DNA of 64,000 bases from an uncultured Gammaproteobacteria bacterium (GCA_964544585.1 CAZJBV010000002.1:3468-67467), one strand, 5' to 3'. Counted from the first letter of the stretch, positions 18,526 through 29,161 are shown. Translations and numbers: made by a program. The notes: generated by a model from the letters alone, not told the origin.

Positions 18526-20165
18526 AAAAAAGATTTGCCTTTATTATCCTCATCTTTATTTATGCTTTAACAGTTCGCTTTTTCAAAATCGACGACATTC
18601 CCTCAGGCTTTTATAGCGATGAGGCCCTTTTTGGCTACGAAGCTTATTCCATATTAAAAACGGGAAAAGATCAGTTTGGAAATATATTACCAGTTTCATT
18701 TAAGGGATTTGGAGACTTTCGCCCAGGGTTATTTATCTACACTACAATTCCTTTTATTTTTTTGTTTGGCCTGACTGAATTTGCTACCCGCCTTCCTAGC
18801 GTCATATTTAGTACTCTTACAATCCTGATAATTATTGCCCTCTCTAAAGAATTATTTGGAAGATGGAAAATAGCTCTTTTAGGAGGATTTATATTTGCCA
18901 TTTCTCCCTGGAGCATCCAGTTTGCCAGAATGTCACACGAAACAAATCTATCCACGGCGATTGCACTGTCTGGGATTTTATTTTTAGTCAAAAGTATAAA
19001 AAATAAAATTTATCTACCAATTTCTTTCATCCTTTTTTCCTTAGCAGCTTATGCATATTACACCACCAGACTTTTCGTTCCCATTTTTCTTCTGGCATCC
19101 CTAATAATTTACAGAAAAGAATTTTTCTCCAAAAAGAAAATCCTTATTTTGGGAGCCGGTCTTGCCCTAATCCTTCTTATTCCTCTTGGATTAAACCTTT
19201 TGGACAAAGAAAGGGGTTGGTCTCGCGTTTCCGGAGTAAGTCTCTGGGGTGACAAAGGTATTAAAGCCAAGCTTATTAACTTTCGACAGGAGGATGCACT
19301 CACCAATACCCTTTTTTCCAGAGTTTTTCATAATAAGCTAGTCGACAATACACACGCATTGCTAGACAGCTTCCTGATCCATTTTGAACCAAAATTTTTA
19401 TTAACGACCGGCGACCCCAATAAACTATACAATACGCCTGGCAATGGTCTTCTCCTATATATCGAACCTATTCTTATTCTTGTTGCTATTGTTTATGTAG
19501 TAAGTACCAAAAATAGTTATAATAAATTATTCCTCGTTTGGCTCTGTCTAGGATTATTACCAGATGCTCTGACACGATTTGCACCTGCTTCTCCACGTAT
19601 TCACCTTGTGCTACCTCTGGTGAGTATTATGGGAGGCTTAGGATTGGCAATTATAGGAGATTATCTGAAAATATTTAAAAGAAGACATATTTGGCTTACA
19701 GGTATAACAATCTTGATTTTATCTAATTTTGCTTACTTTCTCCATTCAAATATTTTTCATGTCCCTATACGATACGCCAAAGAGTGGCAATACGGCATAA
19801 GAGAATTAGTAACGAAAATGAATAAATACCAAAACACACACGACCGAATCTGGATTTCAACTAGAGCAGGATTATGGATTTATTATGTATTTTATCTTAA
19901 ATATCCTCCACAAAATTTACAAAAAGAAATAGTCCTCACACCAAAAGATGAGTTTGGATTCGGAAGAGTAAATGATTTTGGAAAATATCACTTCGAGATA
20001 ATTCCAGGAGCATTCGATTACACAAAAAACATTCTCTACATAGGTGAACCAGATGAATTTAATTCAAAAATAGTGCCCGACGAAATAGTATATTATCCAA
20101 ACAGGGAACCAGCTTATTATATCGTCTCTACAACTAGTATAAAGAAAACACTAGAGATTAAATGA
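18522..20165 (+). CDS. PMT/ArnT-like GT-C glycosyltransferase, array copy 6
   Basis: SDEALFGYEAYSILKTGKDQFG...FGDFRPG. Confidence 0.85.
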   Translation: MKKRFAFIILIFIYALTVRFFKIDDIPSGFYSDEALFGYEAYSILKTGKDQFGNILPVSFKGFGDFRPGLFIYTTIPFIFLFGLTEFATRLPSVIFSTLTILIIIALSKELFGRWKIALLGGFIFAISPWSIQFARMSHETNLSTAIALSGILFLVKSIKNKIYLPISFILFSLAAYAYYTTRLFVPIFLLASLIIYRKEFFSKKKILILGAGLALILLIPLGLNLLDKERGWSRVSGVSLWGDKGIKAKLINFRQEDALTNTLFSRVFHNKLVDNTHALLDSFLIHFEPKFLLTTGDPNKLYNTPGNGLLLYIEPILILVAIVYVVSTKNSYNKLFLVWLCLGLLPDALTRFAPASPRIHLVLPLVSIMGGLGLAIIGDYLKIFKRRHIWLTGITILILSNFAYFLHSNIFHVPIRYAKEWQYGIRELVTKMNKYQNTHDRIWISTRAGLWIYYVFYLKYPPQNLQKEIVLTPKDEFGFGRVNDFGKYHFEIIPGAFDYTKNILYIGEPDEFNSKIVPDEIVYYPNREPAYYIVSTTSIKKTLEIK

Positions 20166-21778
20166 ATAAAAAAATATTTCTTATCCTCATACTTATCCTA
20201 GCGTTTTTTCTCCGGACATTTAGTATTTCAAATTTCCCCAAAACACTTTACGGCGACGAACAGGCTTTTGCCTGGAATGCCTATAGCATCCTCAAAACAG
20301 GCCAAGATGAATATGGCTCTCCCTATCCCTTGCAGTTTCGCTCCTTTGACGACTACAAAGCTCCAATTCCCGTCTATCTTCTCGTCCCATTTGTTCATAT
20401 GTTCGGCTTAAATGCCTATGCAATCCGCTTACCTATATCACTCGCCGGAACCCTTACAATTTTAGTAGCATACTTCCTCTTCAAAATATTCTTTAATAAA
20501 AAAATTGCCCTTCTTGGGACTTTCTTTTTTGCCATATCTCCCTGGCACGTCCATCTTTCCAGAGGTTTTTTTGAATCCACTCTGAGCCTACTTTTCTTTA
20601 CGGCAGGTATTTGGCTTTTCCTAAAAAAACCCATGAGTTTAGGATTTATAATTTTAGGAAGTATTTTATTTATCGCCACTCTCTACAGTTATTTCACTCC
20701 CAGAATCTACCTCCCAATTTTTTTCTTGGGCTTATCAGCCTACTTATTGTATTTCCACAAAACAGAAAGAATTAAAATTGCCAAGAATTTAATTTTTGGA
20801 ATAATTATAATTTTTATTTTATCTCTGCCTCTAATCAAGGCTTCACTCTTTGATAAAGGACTATCAAGAATTGGAAAGCTCGTCGCTACCAACGAGTCTC
20901 AAATTATAGAAACCATAAATCGAGAGCGCAATGCCTCAAATCTTCCCCTCTGGGCAAGGGTAACACTCCACAATAAAGCTACAGGTTGGGTACGTTTTAT
21001 TAGTACAAATTATTTAGAACTTCTCTCTACCAACTATCTTTTTATTACAGGCGACACATCCCTCAGATATTTCCTCGGCAATATGGGCATGCTGTATCTT
21101 GCCGAATTACCCCTATTTCTAATAGGAGTATATTTTATGTTCAGACAAAAAGCCTCCGCTGCCATCTTTTTCTTTATCTGGCTTATAATCATGCCCATTC
21201 CCGCAGCCATTGCCGGCAAACCATTTGGAATAAGAAGTTTAAGTATACTTCCTGCTCCCTTTATCTTTGTGGCTTTAGGGATATATGCCCTGAAAAGAAA
21301 AACCCTTTTTAATATTTTATTATCTATAGTTTTTATAGTCAGTCTTGGAAATTATCTTGTCCGATATTATTTTGAATACCCTGTATATGCCGCCACTTGG
21401 TGGGGATGGGAGAATAAAGCCGCCCTGGATTACGCCAAAGCTAGGCAGTCCAATTATGATAAAATTTTTCTCTCTGATTTCTATACTGGTATGCCCCTTG
21501 CCTTTGCAGTCTACGAAAAAATGGACCCAAATATATATAGGCAGGCGCTCCAAAATAAAATAATTCTCGCCGACGACAGAGGATTCATCAAATTTGGTAA
21601 ATATTACATCGGCTCTCTGGATCTGGATAAAAAACGCCTTTCCCAAAACCTTATCCCAGAAAAAAGTCTTTATATCGGCCGTCCCGAAGAAGCAGAAGCG
21701 GGCATCACTATCAATGCACCAGATGAAGCCGGCAGAATCATATTCAGGATTTATGAAACTTTAAAAAAAAGTGAATGA
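20162..21778 (+). CDS. PMT/ArnT-like GT-C glycosyltransferase, array copy 7
   Basis: GDEQAFAWNAYSILKTGQDEYG...SFDDYKAP. Confidence 0.85.
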   Translation: MNKKIFLILILILAFFLRTFSISNFPKTLYGDEQAFAWNAYSILKTGQDEYGSPYPLQFRSFDDYKAPIPVYLLVPFVHMFGLNAYAIRLPISLAGTLTILVAYFLFKIFFNKKIALLGTFFFAISPWHVHLSRGFFESTLSLLFFTAGIWLFLKKPMSLGFIILGSILFIATLYSYFTPRIYLPIFFLGLSAYLLYFHKTERIKIAKNLIFGIIIIFILSLPLIKASLFDKGLSRIGKLVATNESQIIETINRERNASNLPLWARVTLHNKATGWVRFISTNYLELLSTNYLFITGDTSLRYFLGNMGMLYLAELPLFLIGVYFMFRQKASAAIFFFIWLIIMPIPAAIAGKPFGIRSLSILPAPFIFVALGIYALKRKTLFNILLSIVFIVSLGNYLVRYYFEYPVYAATWWGWENKAALDYAKARQSNYDKIFLSDFYTGMPLAFAVYEKMDPNIYRQALQNKIILADDRGFIKFGKYYIGSLDLDKKRLSQNLIPEKSLYIGRPEEAEAGITINAPDEAGRIIFRIYETLKKSE

Positions 21779-23421
21779 TTAAAATAAATAACATTTTAAT
21801 ACTATTACTGTTGGTTTTAGCAAGTCTTTTACGACTTTTTTTTCTGACAGAATATCCTTCAGGTTTCCACATAGATGAGGTAACTCTTGGTTACAACTCG
21901 TATCTTTTATTGCATACGCTCAAAGATGAAACCGGTAAGGTACTGCCTCTTTATTCTCAATCCTTCGGTCTTGATAGAGCTTTAGGAAATTTTCTTCTTG
22001 TGGCAGGGAGCGAAAAATTATTTGGCCTAACCGAACTAGCTATTCGCCTTCCTTTTGCCATATTTGGAATAGGCTCTGTCTTTCTTATGTATCTTCTCTC
22101 CCTAAAATTTCTCAGAAAAAGGCTCTATGCCTTAATTGTAGTTTTTGTGATAACCATCTCTCCTTGGCACATAAGTATAGTCCGGGCAAGTTCTGAAGCA
22201 AGTGTTTCTCTCTTTCTGATCCTATTGAGTCACTATCTCTTTTTCAACTTTCTCGAGGAAAAAAGGATAAAATTTCTTCTAACTTCTTTATTTAGTCTTA
22301 TCCTCTCTATCTTTTTCTACCATGCGGCATTTGGATACGTCCTTATTCTTCTTCCGGCTATCGGAATATTTATCCTATTTACATTGCCTCAAGAAAAAAT
22401 GAAATTGTTTTCACTCCTGGGTGTTATTGGGATAACAGTATTACTTCTAATCTATTTTTTCCTAAGTCGCGGAGGAGCAACAAGGTTAGATCAAGTAGGA
22501 TTTCACAAAGATACAAAAGTTATAATGGAGCAACAGAAAATGTTTTTCGAAGAAGGATCAAATTCCGTTTCTCAAGCAAGATTCTATCATAATAAAGTCG
22601 TCACATATATAAGAGCCATGTTGAATAACTATTCTGAATATTTTTCTCTTTCCTATCTATTTACACAGGGAGGACTACCGCCGCGCTATACAGCACCAGC
22701 CATGGGTTTACTCTATCTATTTGAAATACCCCTCCTTCTCTATGGCCTCTATAAATTATTTTCTAAAGACGTTCACTATGGAAGCTTTCTTGCGCTTTTA
22801 TTGATAACTAGTCCCTTTGTCGCCGCAACTACTTACGAATATTCCCCCAACGTTCAAAGATCTTTCTTCATGCTTCCTTACCTTATTCTTATAGTCGGCA
22901 TAGGTTTATATTACTCAATTAAAAAAGCCCAAAATAATAAAATATTTATTATCCTCATCGTTTTTTTCGTTTTTCTAAATACCCATTACTTCATGCATCA
23001 ATACTTTAAACATTTTCCAGTTCATAATCCACTCTACAGAAACGACGGCGCAAAAGAACTTGTCTCCTATGTTACTCAAAAAGTATCAAAGTATAATAGA
23101 ATTTTTATAACTAACTCTCCTGAATCTCCCTACTACTATTTCTTCTTTTATAATAAGTTGGATCCACAAAAATTTCATAATCTCTATAGTCAAATAAGAA
23201 ATAGTCCCGTCGGCTGGCTGTATGAAAAAAAGATTTTCTTCACCACATTTGAATGTCCATCCTTTTCAAAGGAACTACCTCAATTAAAAAATGCTCTTTA
23301 CATAGACAGCGGGGAATGCAAATACACTACAGATATAGAAACAGATTTTCATATAGAAAAAGAAATTTTAAGGAAGGATAATTCAGTAGCTTATCGATTG
23401 CTTATAAGAAAAGAAGAATGA
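21775..23421 (+). CDS. PMT/ArnT-like GT-C glycosyltransferase, array copy 8
   Basis: IDEVTLGYNSY..L.T.KDETG; SPWH...R...E. Confidence 0.85.
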   Translation: MIKINNILILLLLVLASLLRLFFLTEYPSGFHIDEVTLGYNSYLLLHTLKDETGKVLPLYSQSFGLDRALGNFLLVAGSEKLFGLTELAIRLPFAIFGIGSVFLMYLLSLKFLRKRLYALIVVFVITISPWHISIVRASSEASVSLFLILLSHYLFFNFLEEKRIKFLLTSLFSLILSIFFYHAAFGYVLILLPAIGIFILFTLPQEKMKLFSLLGVIGITVLLLIYFFLSRGGATRLDQVGFHKDTKVIMEQQKMFFEEGSNSVSQARFYHNKVVTYIRAMLNNYSEYFSLSYLFTQGGLPPRYTAPAMGLLYLFEIPLLLYGLYKLFSKDVHYGSFLALLLITSPFVAATTYEYSPNVQRSFFMLPYLILIVGIGLYYSIKKAQNNKIFIILIVFFVFLNTHYFMHQYFKHFPVHNPLYRNDGAKELVSYVTQKVSKYNRIFITNSPESPYYYFFFYNKLDPQKFHNLYSQIRNSPVGWLYEKKIFFTTFECPSFSKELPQLKNALYIDSGECKYTTDIETDFHIEKEILRKDNSVAYRLLIRKEE

Positions 23422-25034
23422 AGAAAGTCATATTTTTTTTATTGATTGTTGTTTTATCTCTCGCTTTGCGATTGTATAATCTATCCACCAATCCTCCATC
23501 TCTCTACTGGGACGAAGCTTCCCTGGGTTACAACGCCTACTCCATTCTTACTTCCGGCAAAGACGAACACGGAGAATTCTTCCCCCTGGCCCGCTTTATT
23601 GCTTTCGGCGATTTCAAACCACCCGGATATATTTATGCCGCGGCTTCTTCAATTGCCCTCTTTGGTTTAAATGAATTTGCCATCCGCTTTCCCTCATTTC
23701 TTTCCGGAACTCTATTGGTTCTTGGCGCATATCTTCTCACATCAAAGCTCCTGGGAAACACAAAAATTGCCCTCATTGCCGCATTTATAATGTCGATCTC
23801 ACCCTGGGGAATCCATTTTTCCCGCGCCGCCTTCGAAGCAAATATGGCTGCTACTCTAAACCTCTTTGCCATTTATTTTTTTATTTGCCAAAAAAAAAGA
23901 AGTTGGTATCTGGTTCTTTCTTTAATTTTCTTTATTCTTGCATTTTATACATTCAACGCCAACAGAATAATTTCTCCACTTCTAATAATAATTCTCTCTT
24001 TCTTATTTTGGCGTGATACTTTCAAAAATTGGCGCTGGGCAATTGCCGGAATTATTATTTCGGTATTTTTGCTATTACCTAGTGCCAAATATCTTTTAGA
24101 TAGAGAGAGTAGAATTCGTTTTCAGGAAGTCTCTATCTTCAACAACCTTGAAACTGTCAAAACGTCAAATGAAAGAATAGAAAGAGAAGGAGGGAACGTT
24201 ATCGCCAGGGTTCTTTACAACAGAAGAGTTTTATTTAGCCTTGATTTTTTAAAACATCTCACAGACAATTTTAACCTTCGCTTTCTTTTTACCCAGGCAG
24301 ACGCAAATCCCAGACTTTCTATAGAGGGGTTGGGTCTTCTTTATTTTTATGAATTACCATTTCTTATTATCGGAATAATATATCTATTAAAAACCAATCG
24401 TAAAGCCGCACTTTTAATTTTCACATGGATGATAATAGCGGCAGTTCCAGCTGGAACTGCTAGAGAAACACCACATGCGCTGCGCACCATTTCCATTCTT
24501 CCCACCTATCAAATCCTTATAGCTTCTGGCGTTTTGGCTCTATATTATTGGGTTAAAAATCTATCTGGCAAAAAAATACTGCCCATTAGTATAACTACCC
24601 TGACTATAGTAATCGCCTTTCATCTATATTATTTTCTTCACATGTATCTTATCCATTATCCCGTAAACTGGCCCGCTCAGTGGCAATATGGATATAAAGA
24701 GATGGTTCGATTTGTCCTCCAAAATAGGCAAAACTACGATAAAATTTATGTAACAGAAGCGCTTGGCCGTCCCTATATTTATTTTGCTTTATTTACGCCA
24801 TATAGCCAAGACGATTTCCAATTCAGACGCGATGCCTCTCGCGACTGGTTTGGTTTTTGGACAGTTCATTCACTAGATAATATCTATTTTAGTATCCCCC
24901 AAAGTCAGGAGTTAAAAGGCAAAGTCCTTTTAGTTGAGGGCAGAGACGCAATACTTCCACCAGACTTTATAATTATAAAAGAAATAAAAGAGCCAAACGG
25001 GAACGTAGTCTTTAAGATCGCCCAAAAAATATGA
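23418..25034 (+). CDS. PMT/ArnT-like GT-C glycosyltransferase, array copy 9
   Basis: WDEASLGYNAYSILTSGKDEHG...FGDFKPP. Confidence 0.85.
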   Translation: MKKVIFFLLIVVLSLALRLYNLSTNPPSLYWDEASLGYNAYSILTSGKDEHGEFFPLARFIAFGDFKPPGYIYAAASSIALFGLNEFAIRFPSFLSGTLLVLGAYLLTSKLLGNTKIALIAAFIMSISPWGIHFSRAAFEANMAATLNLFAIYFFICQKKRSWYLVLSLIFFILAFYTFNANRIISPLLIIILSFLFWRDTFKNWRWAIAGIIISVFLLLPSAKYLLDRESRIRFQEVSIFNNLETVKTSNERIEREGGNVIARVLYNRRVLFSLDFLKHLTDNFNLRFLFTQADANPRLSIEGLGLLYFYELPFLIIGIIYLLKTNRKAALLIFTWMIIAAVPAGTARETPHALRTISILPTYQILIASGVLALYYWVKNLSGKKILPISITTLTIVIAFHLYYFLHMYLIHYPVNWPAQWQYGYKEMVRFVLQNRQNYDKIYVTEALGRPYIYFALFTPYSQDDFQFRRDASRDWFGFWTVHSLDNIYFSIPQSQELKGKVLLVEGRDAILPPDFIIIKEIKEPNGNVVFKIAQKI

Positions 25035-26635
25035 AAAAAATAATTATCCTTTCTATTTTTCTTCTTGCTTTTATCCTTCGTTTTTTCCATCTCGGACAAA
25101 ACCCTCCTTCCCTTGATTGGGACGAAGCTTCTCTCGGTTACAACGCATTTAGCCTCCTCAAAACTGGCAGAGATGAATATGGAGAGTTTCTCCCGCTTTC
25201 AATTCGTTCCTTTGGAGACTACAAACCTCCGCTTTATACCTATTTATCAATACCATTTGTAGCAATTTTCGGCCTCAACGAATTTTCAGTCCGATTTATT
25301 TCTGCATTATTCGGTACATTAACTACACTTGTTGTTTACCTTCTTGTCAAAAAAATATTTCCCGGAAAATCCTATATCTTTTATCTCTTATCTTTTATCT
25401 TTTTCGCCCTCTCGCCTTGGCATATCCAATTCTCCCGCATCGCCTTCGAAGCCAATCTCGCCCTCTTTTGGTTTATATTTGGAATTTATCTTCTCTTCAA
25501 AGGATTAGAAAAGGGACCATTTTTATTCATTGCATCATTTTCATTTGCTCTTTCCATGTATTCCTATCACAGTCCCAGGCTTCTTGTGCCTTTTCTTTTA
25601 GTTGGTTTTTCTCTCATCTTTAGAAAGTCGATAAAACAAAATTTAGCCTGGGCGGCAGTAGGCGCCATAACGATTATTTTATTAATCCTGCCAATTATTT
25701 ATCAGTTGACCTCAACCTCCGCAAGGCTAGGATCAGTCACTCTCTTTAATCCTTATGAAAGACTGGGGTCATCAATAAGAGATTTAGAGTACGATATGAA
25801 AAGAAATGATAACTTTGGCAAAATTCTCCATAACCGTCGCCTAATTTATGCCAAAGAGGCTTTCGCAGGATATTTAGATCACTTCAATTTTGACTTTTTG
25901 TTTTTGATAGGTGATCCACCCGGTAGACACCACGCGGCCGGCATGGGCATGCTCTATTTATGGGATTTCCCCTTTATTATTTTAGGTCTTGTCTATTTTC
26001 TCAAACATAGGGATAAGAGCGTTTCTTTCTTATTTTTATGGTTTCTCATTTCCCCCTTGGCATCTGCTATCACCACTGGTACTCCCCATGCAGTCCGAGC
26101 CATCTTTTATCTCCCTACATACCAGATTTTTTCCGCAGCTGGTGTAATTTTCTTTCTTACGTGGATCAAAAATCTTAACAAAAATATTAGATATTTTATA
26201 TTTATCTTTTATCTTTTATCTTTTATCTTTAATTTCTATTATTATCTCCGCATGTATTATATTCATACTCCAGTAGAGTACTCCTCGTGGTGGCAATACG
26301 GCTATAAACAAGTAGTTGAAGAAGTTTCAAAAAGGCAAAATCAATACGACAAAATCATCGTTACCTATAAATATGATCAACCCTATATATTCTTTCTTTT
26401 TTATCAAAAGTTCGATCCATCGGTATATCAAAAAAAATGGAGCGAAAGCAAAATAGAGCGAAGCGTTCGCTCATATGGAAAATATGAATTTCGCAACATT
26501 GAATGGTCAAAAGATAGCCAAAGCCCCAATACTCTCATCGTCGGAACCCCAGACGAAATACCAGAAGATATTAGTACCCTAAAAGAAATTAAATTTCTCG
26601 ACGGCACTCCCGCATTTAAGATAGTTGGGACCTAA
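25031..26635 (+). CDS. PMT/ArnT-like GT-C glycosyltransferase, array copy 10
   Basis: WDEASLGYNAFSLLKTGRDEYG...SFGDYKPP. Confidence 0.85.
   Translation: MKKIIILSIFLLAFILRFFHLGQNPPSLDWDEASLGYNAFSLLKTGRDEYGEFLPLSIRSFGDYKPPLYTYLSIPFVAIFGLNEFSVRFISALFGTLTTLVVYLLVKKIFPGKSYIFYLLSFIFFALSPWHIQFSRIAFEANLALFWFIFGIYLLFKGLEKGPFLFIASFSFALSMYSYHSPRLLVPFLLVGFSLIFRKSIKQNLAWAAVGAITIILLILPIIYQLTSTSARLGSVTLFNPYERLGSSIRDLEYDMKRNDNFGKILHNRRLIYAKEAFAGYLDHFNFDFLFLIGDPPGRHHAAGMGMLYLWDFPFIILGLVYFLKHRDKSVSFLFLWFLISPLASAITTGTPHAVRAIFYLPTYQIFSAAGVIFFLTWIKNLNKNIRYFIFIFYLLSFIFNFYYYLRMYYIHTPVEYSSWWQYGYKQVVEEVSKRQNQYDKIIVTYKYDQPYIFFLFYQKFDPSVYQKKWSESKIERSVRSYGKYEFRNIEWSKDSQSPNTLIVGTPDEIPEDISTLKEIKFLDGTPAFKIVGT
25372..25404 (+). 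repeat. Degenerate (TTTTATC)3-4 tract inside CDS
   Basis: CTATATC TTTTATC TCTTATC TTTTATC, encoding YIFYLLSFIF. Confidence 0.8.
26200..26230 (+). repeat. (TTTTATC)~4 tract inside CDS
   Basis: TTTATC followed by 3 perfect units, encoding FIFYLLSFIF. Confidence 0.9.
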
Positions 26636-26645
26636 AATTCATTCA

Positions 26646-26654
26646 TGATACAAT
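26646..26654 (+). promoter_or_regulatory. Extended -10 box upstream of type-B repeat
   Basis: TGATACAAT, 14 nt before the repeat stem. Confidence 0.45.
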
Positions 26655-26667
26655 TATCTAGCCTAAA

Positions 26668-26762
26668 CCACCTCGGACCTGCCTGCCGCCCTGCCTGCCG
26701 GCAGGCAGGGCAGGCAGGTTGGTGGCCCCGCTTAGCAGTGACTCCTCCGAGGTGGGTGAATC
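26668..26762 (+). repeat. Type-B stem-loop repeat with doubly nested palindrome (intergenic)
   Basis: IR CCACCTCGGA/TCCGAGGTGG (26668-26755); inner 20-bp palindrome at 26690-26709 sits within a split outer copy (26678-26718). Confidence 0.95.
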
Positions 26763-26768
26763 AAAACT

Positions 26769-27695
26769 ATGAAAATCATGGTGACCGGCGGAGCCGGTTT
26801 TATTGGATCAAATATTGTAGATGACTTTATTAAATTAGGCCACCAGGTAGTTGTGGTTGATGACCTAAGCTCTGGGAAAAAAGAGTTCATCAATCCCAAA
26901 GCTAAATTTTACCAAATAGATATTCGCAAAAGGGAAGACTTAAAAGCAATTTTTACCAAGGAAAAGCCAGAAATCCTCAATCACCAAGCAGCCCAAATAA
27001 GCGTCAGAAAATCAGTCGAAGATCCCCATTTTGACGCAGAAATAAACATCTTGGGACTCATAAATCTCTTGGAGGAGGTAAAAGAAAATGGTATCAAAAA
27101 AGTAATTTTTGCTTCATCAGGCGGAGCCATTTATGGAGATGCCAAAACCATTCCTACCCCAGAAGATTACGAACCAAAAATCCCTTTATCCCCCTATGGA
27201 GTCACAAAACTTACCTCCGAATTTTATCTCCAATACTATTTCTCCAATTTTAAAATTCCTTATATTTCTCTTCGGTATGCCAATGTTTATGGACCCAGGC
27301 AAAATCCAGATGGAGAAGCCGGTGTCGTTGCCATTTTTAGTAAAAAACTACTCAAAAATATTCCCCCCACCATAAATGGGGACGGAAAGCAAACCCGAGA
27401 TTATATATTTGTTGGTGACGTCGTCGACGCAAACATAAAGGCCCTTACTTCCAATTTTGTAGGCCTAGTCAATATTGCCACCGGAAAAGAAACAGACGTC
27501 ATAACTATTTTCAATAAATTAGTAAATATGGTCGGAGTAAAAATTAATCCAATTTTTGGCCCTGCCAAACAAGGCGAGCAAAAAAAAAGTTGCCTTAAAA
27601 TTGATCGAGCAAAAAAAGTATTATCCTGGACTCCAGAGGTAAATTTGGAACAAGGTCTCAGAAAAACTATTGACTATTTTAGGACCAGAAATTGA
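26769..27695 (+). CDS. NAD-dependent epimerase (UDP-glucose/GlcNAc 4-epimerase-like)
   Basis: TGGAGFIG, SSGGAIYG, YGVTK, RY.NVYGPRQNP.GEAGVV. Confidence 0.9.
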   Translation: MKIMVTGGAGFIGSNIVDDFIKLGHQVVVVDDLSSGKKEFINPKAKFYQIDIRKREDLKAIFTKEKPEILNHQAAQISVRKSVEDPHFDAEINILGLINLLEEVKENGIKKVIFASSGGAIYGDAKTIPTPEDYEPKIPLSPYGVTKLTSEFYLQYYFSNFKIPYISLRYANVYGPRQNPDGEAGVVAIFSKKLLKNIPPTINGDGKQTRDYIFVGDVVDANIKALTSNFVGLVNIATGKETDVITIFNKLVNMVGVKINPIFGPAKQGEQKKSCLKIDRAKKVLSWTPEVNLEQGLRKTIDYFRTRN

Positions 27696-29161
27696 AAAAA
27701 AATAAGCAAAAAAAAGTAATTATTTTAGGCGGAGGTCTTGCCGGCCTCGCCGCGGGTTTTGAACTAACCAAAAATAAATTCGATGTCACAGTTATTGAAA
27801 AGTGGTCTGAAGTAGGCGGCCTTGCACGCACCATAAAAGTAGGCGATTTTAAATTTGATACAGGCCCTCATCGTTGGTACACCAAAAGTGACATGGTCAA
27901 TAAATGGATGCTAGCTCTTCTTGGGGATGAAGTCATCAAAGTACCCAGACTTACGCGAATTTATTTTGACAAAACATTCTTTTTCTATCCCATCAAACTC
28001 AAAAATGCTCTCCTTGGCATTGGAGTAATCAACGCCTTTATGTCTGTAGTGGATTATTTTTCCGCAAGACTTAAAGCCCGACTATTCCCACCCCCCCTAA
28101 AGACGATGGAAGACGGCTATATAAACCAGTTTGGCCGCAAACTTTATGAAATCTTTTTTAAAAGATATAGTGAAAAACTCTGGGGGGTAGACTGTAGTGA
28201 GATAAGCGTCGATTGGGTAGGACAAAGAACCAGGGGTTTAAGCATATTAACCATCATCAAAGACGCCTTTATCAAATCTCGCCATGTAGTCTCCCTAGTC
28301 GACGAATTTTCATATCCCAAAAAAGGAGTAGGCAGAATTGCCGAAAAGCTAAAAGAAGGAATAGAAAAACACAAAGGTCAAGTCATTCTTTCAGCCGAGG
28401 TAACCAAAATCATCACCAAAGACGATAAAATTATGGGAGTCGAGTATAAAAAAAACGGCAAAATTTACAAACAAGAAGGAGACGAATTTATCTCCAGCAT
28501 TCCCATAACAGATTTTGTGAAGCGCTTAGATCAGAAACCAGATACCCAAACACAAAAAAGTACCAACAAGTTAAAATATAGAGACGAAGTCCAAGTAGTT
28601 CTTTTTATAGGAAAAACCCATATTACTCCCGATACATGGGTCTATGTCCATCCCAAAGATATTTCCTTTATGCGCTTTATGGAAATGGATAACTGGAGTA
28701 ACGTTTTGTCCCCCGAAGGTAAAACTTCAATTGTCTTCGAAATTGCCTGTAATGAGGGCGATAAAATCTGGAATAAAAAGGACAAAGAGCTAATCAAAAT
28801 GGTATCCCAGGAATTTATCAAGGAATTTGGCCTTGTCTCTCCTAAAGACATAATCGGCGGATACGTTCATCGGGTACCAAAAGAGTACCCCGTCTATCAT
28901 ATAGGATATAAAGAGGATGTCGCCGCATTAAAAAATTATCTCCATAGATTCAAAAATCTGCAACTAGTAGGTAGAAATGGCACATTTCGCTACAACAACA
29001 TGGATCATTCCATAGAAATGGGTTTATATGCCGCCTTGAATATAAGAGCTGGGAATAAAAAGTATGATATAGACTCTGTCAATATAGAAAGAGAATATCT
29101 TGAGGAAAAGAAGATAGAAACAATAGAAGATGAAAGAGTAGAAAAACCTATTACATCATGA
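27692..29161 (+). CDS. FAD-dependent oxidoreductase (UDP-galactopyranose mutase / amine oxidase fold)
   Basis: ILGGGLAGL, VGGLART, FDTGPHR, GRNGTFRYNNMDHSI. Confidence 0.8.
   Translation: MKKNKQKKVIILGGGLAGLAAGFELTKNKFDVTVIEKWSEVGGLARTIKVGDFKFDTGPHRWYTKSDMVNKWMLALLGDEVIKVPRLTRIYFDKTFFFYPIKLKNALLGIGVINAFMSVVDYFSARLKARLFPPPLKTMEDGYINQFGRKLYEIFFKRYSEKLWGVDCSEISVDWVGQRTRGLSILTIIKDAFIKSRHVVSLVDEFSYPKKGVGRIAEKLKEGIEKHKGQVILSAEVTKIITKDDKIMGVEYKKNGKIYKQEGDEFISSIPITDFVKRLDQKPDTQTQKSTNKLKYRDEVQVVLFIGKTHITPDTWVYVHPKDISFMRFMEMDNWSNVLSPEGKTSIVFEIACNEGDKIWNKKDKELIKMVSQEFIKEFGLVSPKDIIGGYVHRVPKEYPVYHIGYKEDVAALKNYLHRFKNLQLVGRNGTFRYNNMDHSIEMGLYAALNIRAGNKKYDIDSVNIEREYLEEKKIETIEDERVEKPITS

Noticed and set aside
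10863-26635. Diversity-generating retroelement acting on the paralogue array
   Set aside because: No reverse transcriptase in the window and no near-identical TR/VR pair differing only at adenines was seen.
26668-26755. Rho-independent terminator or tRNA call for the hairpins
   Set aside because: No U-tract follows the stem on the + strand, and there is no cloverleaf or T-loop consensus.
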